This document shows positions 53,631 through 64,000 of a DNA stretch of 64,000 bases, piece after piece. This stretch comes from Octopus bimaculoides. Taxonomy: Eukaryota. The notes beneath the pieces are model-generated. The model saw only the letters and a list, made by a program, of their open reading frames with translations, did no database searches and was not told the origin of the DNA. Where the stretch lies: NCBI RefSeq assembly GCF_001194135.2, contig NC_068983.1:114335693-114399692 (forward strand), in the 5' to 3' direction. Numbering within the stretch: position 1 is the stretch's first letter; each line of letters opens with the position of its first letter. A program made the position numbers and the translations under genes.

Positions 53631-54199
53631 TTTCTATGAAGCAAGATAGATGGTCACTGATATAATCAGAAGTTTCAGTGACCACACCGAATTTCTCATC
53701 CTATTCACAGAATTAACAGCAACAACAGAAGCATGAAATAGTCGAACCTGCACCAAATTCATGTGGCCAATTATTTAACTAAGTACCCTTTATATATGTA
53801 CCTCCCTCCTTCAGAAGATCTGGAATGCTGGTAATCATTAAAAACACTAACATGCAAATGTATTTATTTCAAGAAAGAGTTATACATGCTAGAATGCCTT
53901 GTGGTCTTTTTACATATCTCTGCCCTTTAGGTTGAAGTCCTACCAAGGTCAGCTTTATCTGTCATTCTTTCAAGGCCAATGGAAAAGTACCAAACTTGGG
54001 CGATAGAGTGGTGGAAATGTATGAACACTGGACTAGTATTTATTCAGTATTTGTTCTAGTTCTTTATGTCCTGATTTTCAAATTCCATGGTTTACATGAT
54101 GATAGACTTAATCTATAGCTTGGTCTAACACCAGTGGAGACTCCCTCTGTTGCAAGCACTACAGTCAGGCCTCTGCTTTGAGGATATTTTCAACCCCCC

Positions 54200-54560
54200 C
54201 CCCTCTCACCAATCTCAGAGGCCATGAGCACTATCTTCCACCATGACTATAAGATAAAAAAATAATACCACTAAGTAAGAGCCACAACTTTAGTGAACAT
54301 GCTTCTATAATTTGCCAAAACTGCATCAAATAAACTTGCCCTTCTCTTTAAAATACAGAAATATCTCAACCACAACCAGATGTTTCCCCAAGTATGCTCT
54401 CCTATACAGCTGACACACTTTCTTCTGAGTACTAGTATACCAGACTTTCTAACATATAAACTCTCTTACTGAAAAATCTTCACTTCCTGGCTCATCATCA
54501 AAATTAGCCTTCTTCTTTCGATTTATATTTTTATCAGTTAACTTAGTTGTCCTATCACAA
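54200..54560 (-). mobile_element. Highly decayed RTE-type relic
   Basis: Minus agagcatacttggggaaac...agagaagggcaagtttatttgatgc resembles the AWGKF..LREKGRLYDA region of 30670-31540. Confidence 0.35.
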
Positions 54561-55029
54561 GAATGAACTCTACACTATTCACAAAGTGATGCAAACTGCA
54601 GCAATATTTTCACCATAAGCACCATCATATTAACTTTTGCAGCTATCTATTTTTCCCAAAATACCTCAATACATTGCTGCCTCATGGCATTCACTTCACT
54701 TTGACCAGCAAGTTCTTAAAGTACATAATCACAGACTGATTATGCATCACATTATGTTAACTCAATGCCTTTCTTTCAGTTCTGATGGTGTGGGATGGTG
54801 GTATTCATGAAACATGATATAAAACAATATAAAAAAAAGAAGCTTAACATTCTGTCTTGAATAAAACTATGGTTATAGCACATTTTCTGTACTTTATAAC
54901 CATATTACAATATATACTATACACAGTAAGTTTGCACACATACTACATTAGAGTACACAGTGTATATCCAGAATTCACACCAAAGTAACCATGGTCCAGT
55001 GTGTATGTGTGTGTGTAATTATAGTCACT

Positions 55030-55425
55030 ATTGTTTTATGGCCACTTTTCCATGCTTGCTTGGGTCAGAAGCAATTTGTTAAGGCAGATTTTCAACAACA
55101 GGATGCTCTTACTGTTGCAAATTCTCATCTGTTTCCAAGCAAAATATTTTTTCCTCATACCTGCACATGTTTCCACAGAACTTTGCAATTGAACAATACC
55201 ACTTGTATTACAGTGACACTTGTTTCAAATTATCATGTAATATCAAGATAGACACACCTATTATATATTTTTAGAGTGGGCTTCTTTTAATTTCTGTGAC
55301 CAAATCCACTGACAAGGCTTTGGTCAGCTTGAGACTATAGCAGAAGACATTTGCCCAAGATGCCACACTGTGGGACTGAACCCAAACCACGTGGTTAGAA
55401 AGCAAATTTCTGAACCACACAGCCC
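55030..55425 (-). mobile_element. SINE family B, tail Y, full length
   Basis: Reverse complement of the layout at 53275-53630. Confidence 0.8.
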
Positions 55426-55449
55426 CCACCCTCTCTCTCTCTCTGTATA

Positions 55450-55600
55450 TATATATAGTTCAAATTTACAGAAAACAAAAAACAAAGACAGGTGAAGGAA
55501 CAACAAGTAGGTGTATTAGTTTAATGTTCAGGAAGAATGGAAAAATCTTTAATATTTCGAGCCTACGCTCTTCAACAGACAATGATTGAGAGGGTAAAAT
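55450..55600 (-). mobile_element. Penelope-like terminal fragment with decayed hammerhead-like motif
   Basis: Minus ctgttga-a-gagc-gtag-gctc-gaaa-tatta (55578-55551) has the CUGANGA / short stem II / GAAA layout typical of Penelope pseudo-LTR ends. Confidence 0.55.
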
Positions 55601-55879
55601 GGAGAGAGAATTAAAAAAAAAAACAGAGAGAAAAAAATGTGTAGGGATTAGTAGTTCAACATGTTGAGAGAAAGAGATTAGATAGATGTACATACACTTT
55701 AAAGAGAGACCTGCATATAGGATTGACTGATGATGATGATATACACACATCTTAGAGAGTAAGTCTGTCCTGTATACATGTCTCTGCATAAACCAGACAT
55801 GCATGCATCACGTTAGCAATATACATATACAGATATATATATATATCATATATATGTATGTTATATATATATATATAAG

Positions 55880-56530
55880 CACAAGTGTTGCTGTGTGGTA
55901 AGAAGTTTACTTCCCAACCACATGATTCTGGGTTCTACCATAGCCCTTAGTCAGTGTAAGCCTTGCGTTTGATAGACAGAAACTGAAAGATGCTCATTGC
56001 ATCTACGTATGCGTGAGTGTAATAATGTATGTATCTATGTGTACAGCTTTATGTTTGTCCCACCACCACCTCCATTATACAACTGATGTTGGTTTACTTA
56101 TGTACCCATAATTTAGTGGTTTGACAAAAGAGACTGATAGGCAAGTGTCTTCTACTATAGCCTCAGGCCGACGAAAGCCTTGTGAGTGGATTTGGTAGAC
56201 AGAAACTGAAAGAAGCTTGTCCTATATATATATTTAAGTGTGTGCGTCTTTGTGTCTGTGTTTCTCCACTCCACCATCGCTTGACAACTGATGCTGGTAT
56301 GTTTACATCCCCGAAACCTAACGGTTCAGCAAAAGAGGCTGATAGAATAAGTACAAAGCTTACAAAGAATAAATCCTGTGGTCAAGTTTTTCAACTAAAA
56401 AAAACCCTTTGAGGTGGTGCTCCAGCATGGCCACAGTCAAATGACTGAAACAAATATAAAAATGAAAGAATAAACCCTTTGAGTTAGTGCTCTAGCATGG
56501 CCACAGTCCAATGACTGAAACAAGTATATA
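55880..56530 (+). mobile_element. Composite SINE family B (tail X) with duplicated body and duplicated 3' end
   Basis: Body restarts at gcaagtgtcttctactatagcc (56141); 70-bp-period tail duplication 56402-56453 and 56472-56523. Confidence 0.8.
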
Positions 56531-56691
56531 TACTTCCTATCCATTATTATATACATACACAACACAGTTCCTTACAGTATACTCTGTCTGTCTAGTATAT
56601 GTTACTTTAAGCACAATGACTCAATGAATTAAAATTACACCAATTCAGCAAAAGAAAAAAACAAAAAAACAAAACGAAGAATAAATATAGA

Positions 56692-56748
56692 TGCATTTTG
56701 AAACACTGAAATTAATTTTATAAACTAATTTCAGTGTTTCAAAATGCA
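56692..56748. repeat. Perfect 23-bp inverted repeat with 11-nt spacer
   Basis: tgcattttgaaacactgaaatta [attttataaac] taatttcagtgtttcaaaatgca. Confidence 0.95.
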
Positions 56749-56890
56749 GACAAGCAAGCAGAGCTACTTAGTGAGCTTGTGCACAGTGGGAAATCCATTC
56801 ATGTGTCTAGGGTATGGAAAACAAAAACAAAACAAAAAAGGAAAAAAAAAAAATTGTACAAGGAACATATACAGCTGATAGTAGGTTGGT

Positions 56891-56961
56891 AAGGGGGAGG
56901 GGGAGGAGTAGGAAAATTGCAAGTCATTACTAAAATTGACCTCCTCCTCCCCCTCCTCCTT
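56891..56961. repeat. 22-bp purine/pyrimidine inverted repeat
   Basis: aagggggagggggaggagtagg vs cctcctcctccccctcctcctt: 20 Watson-Crick pairs, 1 G-U, 1 mismatch; 27-nt loop. Confidence 0.8.
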
Positions 56962-57149
56962 TATCTATCATTGACAGTAGTGGCAATAAGGAGTGTCTTG
57001 TGACAATTGAAACATCCTGTTAGGAACTTAAGACTCAAATATACTAAAACAGCCATGACAAAACTAAGCACAAAAAAAAATAACAGAAGTAAAATAGTCA
57101 ACTGTTGAAAACAGTGGACTACAAAATTCATTACTGACAACTACTACTA

Positions 57150-57460
57150 CTAATAATAATAATAATATATTATTATTATTATTAGCCTTTCTACTATAAG
57201 CACAAGGCCTGAAATTTTGGGAGAGGGGGCCTAGTTGATTACATCGCCCCNNNNNNNNNNAGCTCAATAATAACAATAATAATAATAATTTTTTTTTTTA
57301 TTAACCACAAAGGGTTTACAGGAAAAAACATTGTGGACAGCACTGGACAAATAGAATGTGGGGTTACATGAAAGTCCAGTAAACAATGAAAATCAATCAA
57401 TTATAACAACAAAATTCCCTAAAAGCGAGAGACCTCTTGGACTGCTCATAGAAACCCCAC

Positions 57461-57513
<53 letters not shown>

Positions 57514-58340
57514 TTATTTTATTAGCCACAGGGTATAGATGAGGTGGACGTCACAAAGACAGACAACAATTTGTGTCAGGATTTGCATAAAAAATGGGGA
57601 GAAAAAAATGGAAGAAAAGACAGTGGAATGTGATAAAAGTATAAATAGTATACAAAGTATGTGATACAGGAGAAATTTCAATTAAGGCCACTCAATGAAC
57701 GCCCCAGATTCAGGGTTACCCTCAACCCTGAAGGTATGAGCCCTCTCTCTTGCTCTCTAATAATGGTTTCAAATTTTGGCACAAGGCCAGCAATTTCAGA
57801 GAGGAGATAAGTTGATTACATCGACCCCAGTGATCAACTGGTACTTATTTTATCCACTCCGAAAAAGTGAAAGACAAAGTCGACCTCAGCAGAATTTGAA
57901 CTCAGAACAAAAAAAAAAAAAAAGTGGATGAAATGCTGCAAGAAGCAAGCCTACTATGCATGCAAGACTTCAGGAGTTCCAACACAACTTAAGTAGTAGT
58001 AATAGTAGTAGTAGTAGTAGTAGTAGTAATTATAATAATAATAACAATAAAATAATAATGTTTTCAAATTTTAACATAAAGCCAGCAAGTTAAGGATAAT
58101 GATGAGAAGAAGAAGAAGAAGAAGACGAAGAAGATGATTTGTTTCAAATTTTGGCACAAGGCCAGCAATTTTAGGATTGGTAGTCATTACAGCAACCCCA
58201 GTACCTGAATGGTAATTTATTTTATCAACTCTGAAAAGATGAAAGGCAAAGTTGATCCCAGTAGGATTTAAGATCAGAATACACAGAGCCAGAGAGAAAT
58301 GCCACAAAGGCACTTTGATACTCTAATGATTCTACCAATG
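57150..58340 (-). mobile_element. Pile-up of five same-strand retroposon ends separated by (AAT)n or (TAG)n
   Basis: SINE A tail (57180-57250, cut by gap), two ttttatta.ccaca.ggg LINE-like 3' ends (about 57290 and 57515), SINE A (57760-57930), SINE A (58130-58340). Confidence 0.7.
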
Positions 58341-58445
58341 AATACAAACTGAACAATATAGATAAAGGAAAACTTAAGGAAAAATTCAAGTACTAACAAT
58401 GGCATAGATAGTTTTATTAAAGAAGAAAACAATAATATTGCTCAC

Positions 58446-58480
58446 CTTGAGCAGTGTTCCAAATTCCTTTACGCTAAGTT
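58446..58480 (-). CDS. Candidate 35-nt coding exon, xLSVKEFGTLLK, resembling the second half of an EF-hand loop and exit helix
   Basis: Acceptor ccttattctgtctatatag| with extra pyrimidine tract upstream; strong donor AAG|GTGAGC; only one frame open; retains a CpG. Family assignment is inference from 12 residues. Confidence 0.3.
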
Positions 58481-60589
58481 CTATATAGACAGAATAAGGA
58501 TTTCTTTAAACAGACATGGAAGAGGAGCAAGTAAAAAGAATTTAGCTAAAAACCATTCCATGTTTTAAAAATAAAATAATTTTTCTTTCATTTTTAAGTC
58601 CCCACCCCTATGTTTCTATATATTAAAAGAATATTGGCAAATGCTTCCATTAACCCAACACTAGTAAGAAGAAACAGATTATCATCGCAACTATCAGTAG
58701 AACTATCAAAGCTTATACTAATAATTTGTTTTATGATTATATCTCAATTTATTATACAGTTATAACAGTTGAAATCTTTTGATCAGATTTCTGACTGCCA
58801 ATATATACATAGAATATTTAGTAGGTCTATTCATGATGGGTGGAGATTCTAGTGAACGCACTATGCATGCATGCACAGACACAGACTCACACACACACTC
58901 TCCCTCTCTCTGACAACAGCTTGCAACTCCTAAATCCCTTGAAACTGGGGCTTAAGAAACCATGTTTCTACCCAGATTCACCCCAGTTTAAAGTGTTATA
59001 CCTATGATCCAATGAAGCAGCTTCTAGGCAGTCACTCAATCTACTGTGTCCAGCTCCAACATTTGAAATGAGGGCTTCATATTTAAAGTCTAAATTAAAA
59101 TGGTGATGACCATGGGCAGATTACTGGCTTGAAGGTCTACTTTGTTCGTAGAGTCTCTTCTACTTCATTTTAATTTTTCTAATTAAATTTATGAAATACA
59201 TGATAATTACTTACTAATACTGTTAAAATATAGCTATTTTGAGCAAAATATTTTACTAAATAGTCATGACAAAAAATATTTGATACTATGCATTTGAAGA
59301 ATTTTTATGACTACATAAAATGATGTATCATTTCAAACCAAATGAGGGGCATGAAGTTTGAGAAGATATATGTAGACACAAATGCATGTGTAATTTCCTG
59401 TGCATGTCTCAAAAAAGAAAATCCACAGAAGAAATGTGTATCAAAAACCAAAATTGAAAGAGACAATTCTCTGAAAAGTAAGGTTAAACATTTAATTATC
59501 TCCAAACCCCAGGTTTATACCCATTATATTTACAGCTGATTCAAAATTTCAAAAGTTCTCTAATTAAAACTAAGCGCAATCAATGTACTTAATACCAAAA
59601 AAAAAAAAAAAAAGGAAAAAAGACTGGGAGCTTAACCCTTTTACTCTGGATAGTTAACTGAAAGTTAATTAAAAATTTTCTTCCTACACATTAAGCTTGG
59701 CCAATCAGTTTTACTTGGTATGTAACCAATTGTTACTCTTTCTCCATTCTTTCCAACTAACTATTAATTCATGTTTCTTCTTTATACTTTATATCCAGTC
59801 AGAGCCTAACTGAGTTGATACAATTAACAAGTTAGAAAAAAAAAATGCATCCCTCCCCATACTGCTTTTGTTACAAAATTCTCCATCTGGCAGGAGAGTA
59901 AAAAGCTTATTAAAAGGACATCTGTAATAGGATAAATCATAATAGAAAAATAAAATTGAAGTAATTAAGTACATGAGTACTAAAGTGAGATAGATGAGAG
60001 ATGGACAAATAAAGGACGAATTATTCATATGATGGAAATTATAATATACAATCGATATGCATTTAAAAAAAATCTTTAGATATATGCTTATGCTCTACCA
60101 TAAAATCTCTACATCTGTAACATTTAAAAATGTTTCTACATTACCATGGACATATGGAAACTAATGAGTCTACAAAATATGAACAAGTGCACAAAGGAGC
60201 AGATGTTTGTATTTGTTCAGAACAACAGTGATTGTGCAACAAGGAAGTGTAACATTTCATTGAAGCAAGATACCTGTTTCACAATTGCTCTCAAAGTTCA
60301 ACTAGCTGAATGAGGAGACAAGTTATGAAACTAGCATTAAGAGCATAAGGCAATGTCTTAAAAAAAAAAGATAAAAGCTTTTAGTATCTGGGTATCAGAT
60401 CATATCCCACCAAGTTTGAAACTGGTTTTCACTTCCACAGAGAACCTCATTCTCTTGACTGGAATGCTGATATGTGTGGCATTAAATTTTTACATTACGT
60501 CTATGGATTTCATAAATATTTGGTCTTTATTAAATATGAAGGCACAAATATAGCTTATAGGCATGGGTATGGCTGTATAAAAGAGCTGC

Positions 60590-61007
60590 TGGTGTGACTG
60601 TAGTTGAAGACCTTGCTGTCCAACTACGTGGTTTTGGATTCAGCCCCATTGTGTGGAACCTGGGGCAAATACCTTATACTATAGCCTTCAGCTAACCAAA
60701 ACCTTGTGAATCAATTTGGTAGAAGGAAACTGAAAGAAGCCAGTTCTGCCTATACATACATATATATAAAGAGGAAGAGAGAGAGACGATTGTATTTGTG
60801 TGCATACGTGTTTATGTATTACTTTGTTTTGACATCCTGTAGTGGGTGTAAAATGAGCAACATTGTCATACAAATTTTCATTTTGTTCATTTCTGGTCTT
60901 CCATAAAAAAAACATATCTGGCCATGGGGAAATATTAGCTTGCTGGGAAACAGGAACGGTATCCAGATGTAGAAAATCTGTCTCAATAAATTCCATCCGA
61001 CCCATGT
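60590..61007 (+). mobile_element. SINE family B, tail Y
   Basis: ggattcagccccattgtgtggaacctggggcaaatacc...ggtagaaggaaactgaaagaagcc...ctggccatggggaaatatt...agaaaatctgtctcaataaattcc. Confidence 0.75.
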
Positions 61008-61279
61008 AGTAAAGCAACTGAGTCTTCTGAATAATGAATATTCTCAGTGGAGGGTTTGAGAAGATCCCTGAGGAATACTAGATACATGTTCATCACAGTT
61101 CAAGCATGAACTTTATTTCATAATAGAAGACTGATAAAGAACAAATAGTAGATGACTGAATTGAATTAAATATCTTAGAGACTGAGAGTGAAAATCAAAA
61201 TGTAGTTCCTACGTCTTCAAAATTTACCATTGCCTGCTTAACTGTTTTTTTTTTTTTTTAACTAACTACTGATATCATT

Positions 61280-61658
61280 GTGGAGGCGCAATGGTCCAGT
61301 GGTTAGGGCAGCGGACTCGCGGTCATAGGATCGTGGTTTCGATACCCAGACCGGGCGTTGTGAGTGTTTATTGAGCGAAAACACCTAAAGCTCCACGAGG
61401 CTCCGGCAGGGGATGGTGGCGAACCCTGCTGTACTCTTCCGCCACAACTTTCTCTCACCCTTACTTCCTGTTTCTGTTGTACCTGTATTTCAAAGGGCCA
61501 GCCTTGTCACACTGTGTCACGCTGAATATCCCTGAGAACTACGTTAAGGGTACATGTGTCTGTGGAGTGCTCAGCCACTTGCACATTAATTTCACGAGCA
61601 GGCTGTTCCGTTGATCGGATCAACTGGAACTTTCGACGTCGTAAGCAACGGAGTGCCA
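61280..61658 (+). mobile_element. Third tRNA-derived SINE family (family C), young single copy
   Basis: Perfect 12-bp TSD actgatatcatt at 61268-61279 and 61659-61670; A-box tggtccagtggttagg, B-box-like ggtttcgatacc; GC- and CpG-rich. Confidence 0.9.
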
Positions 61659-62551
61659 ACTGATATCATTAGGATGATTATCAAAGTAACAATCAAATTA
61701 AAATCTAAGGCTGTATATGGTAAACAACATCAAAGTTAACAAAGTTAGGTAATTTGAAATTAAAAGGTCATATATACAGATAGGTAGGTCAACAAATGAT
61801 TACACAAAAAACAACCCTTATTATGAATAATATAAGACAGTATAATAGCTAATAAATATACATTTTAATGTAATTAGAATGGTTAACAACCCAAGGCAAA
61901 TAAAAACTGTTTTATGGCTTTCTTAACTTTCTTAACCAAAAGCATTTCTTGTAACAGTTTCATTTTCACCATTTAGCACCAACTGAGCTATTTGTTCCTG
62001 AAGAAATTTAAGCCAAACATTTTAATGTATAGCGTTCACCATGTAGTGATCTGTATAGATAGTAAAATATTCATAAACATACACGAGAAGGTGACTTTGT
62101 ATGTTGTCTAATGGAAGACTAATGAGATATAACCTTAACACATTGCAAGCTCAGAGAAAAGCAATTAAATTTAATTTCAACTATCATATTTATAAAACAG
62201 TATTCAACTTAAAAGTAAGCTAGCTGCTACAACTGTTTCAATAATATAATCAGCTTAGCTTAATTGCATTAAATTCATTAATTAGGAAATTTGGGCAATC
62301 CCATGCTAAGTAAAAAATAGTTTTATCCTGAATTGTAGTTATCAAAGCAAAAGAAAAACAACAAAAACAGTAATGAACAAAAATAACATTTCTATTGAAA
62401 TCCATTTTAGATCCAGACAGATACTTTAATTTGAGAACATATGATCTAAAAAGATATTCATTAAATTAGCCTTGTAAATTAGCATCCACCTTGATTGACT
62501 TGAGCAAGTAAAATGTTCAACTAGGTTTTGGTTTTCACAGTTAACTAGTAC

Positions 62552-62589
62552 CTTTAACTCCAGATTTAATGGACGCTTGTTCTTCAGTA
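62552..62589 (-). CDS. Candidate 38-nt exon
   Basis: Acceptor aaatttgtttcag| and donor AAG|GTACTA; frame TEEQASIKSGVK ends in phase 1 and joins 58480 in frame; alternative open frame LKNKRPLNLELK. Confidence 0.25.
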
Positions 62590-63295
62590 CTGAAACAAAT
62601 TTAAATATCAGAAAGCCTGGCTATGAGAGAAATATTCAGAATGTAAACACATTCTTTCTGATTTGCAATAAAACGGATGAGTAGTCTGCTGATATATCAT
62701 TTCACAGCATGCTATTTTGCAGCAAAGATATACTCAGTTTCCTTCTCCAATCAATAGTATAGTATATTCAGCTCTGATATAGCATGGTATTTATAATACA
62801 GTATAATATTTTGTAATAGAAAATAATTAGATAGTACTAAATGAAGTAAGTTAATTAACTGTTGTTTTCAGATAAATATATTGTAAAGTTTCTGCGCTTA
62901 TAAAAGAGTACAAAAATAATCAGGAAAATGCTAAAGTCTAAATGATTTCATTTGATTTTGTAGCAAATAATGAATTCACAAATGAATAGTATTTATTTCC
63001 AAATACAAAATTTTGATCATTTTCTGAAATCATATTATACTGTCTGATCTATGGAAGAATGGAAAAATAAACATTAAACTCATACTATTTTATCAAAGAA
63101 AATCCAACTCCTAGTCATTTTTATATGTGGATATATATGCCTCAGAATCAGCAAATTTTAGATGAAATTAGAACCAAACCTTGGACAACAAATTAATCTT
63201 TGTTGTTAAGAAATGTGAAGAATAAATTATAGCTGTCATAATTACAATAACAAAAACGACAATCATAGTCAAATGAGTTTTGTTTAACCGATTAA

Positions 63296-63499
63296 TCCTT
63301 CAGCATTCAAGTTGGCCATATCTGGCTCAAATATTCAAACAGGCCAGATCCAACCTCTCACACCCATCTTACAATGTCACTCAAAAAATAAACAGTCGCC
63401 ACATCAAACTCTCAAAGCTATGAAATAATGCATGATTAATTCATAACAATGTTATTAAATAAGCATTACATTTGACAGAGTAACCTGAACGCTAAAGGG
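63296..63499. mobile_element. piggyBac-like MITE, second family
   Basis: TTAA at 63292-63295 and 63500-63503; TIR tccttcagcattca vs ccctttagcgttca (11/14). Confidence 0.8.
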
Positions 63500-64000
63500 T
63501 TAAATTGTAAAAAGCCACATCAAACAGTCACAAAATATTGTAGATCTGGAGAAAACACTGTATGAGCCAAAAAGAGAGTCATCTGCATGGTCGCTAGAAA
63601 GAGCAGCCAAATAACTCTTGAATCATACACTTTTTTGAAAATTTTTGAAAATAAAGCTGAATTAGATAAATCTCATTGTAGAGGTATTGCAGCAAGGAAG
63701 ACTAAATGTTCATGGCAAAAATGCCTTCTTCACAGGACTAAATAACAACAATAATATTGTACATGGTCATGAATATTTAACTGATTTAAGTTGTCTGATT
63801 ATTATGTAAAAATTATTATATTTATGATGAAAAAGAAATGTGAAATAAATACATCTAAATTGTATAATGTCATAAATATGAGATCATAAGAACATAAGAA
63901 AATACTTTTTTCCATGGTAAAAGTCTCTGGAAATCTAATTAAGTCAACTGGGAAGAATGAAAGTAAAAAAAGTAAAAGAAATAAGAAGCAAGTGAATAGA

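Noticed and set aside
53651-53684. Perfect 10-bp inverted repeat
   Set aside because: A few such stems are expected by chance in 64 kb; no extension.
60272-60305. Minus-strand 28-32 nt exon candidate that could also join 58480 in frame
   Set aside because: The strong acceptor gives stops in all frames; only a weaker downstream AG is open.
61280-61355. tRNA gene-like sequence
   Set aside because: It is the head of a TSD-flanked SINE; no complete cloverleaf or pol III terminator.

Overview
AT-rich eukaryotic genomic DNA with five N-gaps and many microsatellites. The repeat content (tRNA-derived SINE families, RTE tails ending in (GAT)n) looks cephalopod, probably Octopus; this is inferred from pattern, not from a database match. 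No intact protein-coding gene is recognisable. Nearly all ORFs in the track are microsatellite or gap artefacts, or transposon relics. Well supported: a decayed full-length mariner (14906-16145); an R4/Dong-type RLE retrotransposon fragment; a Tx1-clade 3' fragment; RTE-type LINE relics; three tRNA-derived SINE families, several with clear target-site duplications (TSDs); a hAT MITE; piggyBac-like MITEs; and a Penelope-like terminal fragment with a decayed hammerhead-like core. A-over-T skew on the + strand, strong minus-strand splice signals and a CpG-retaining island at about 41.6-45.3 kb suggest the window is mostly intron of a large minus-strand gene, with an internal and possibly bidirectional promoter and a few very short candidate exons. 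Those exon calls are low confidence. I found no CRISPR, rRNA or true tRNA gene, and no clearly new system. The best leads are the short-exon candidates, the RNA-structure elements and the inverted SINE pairs.
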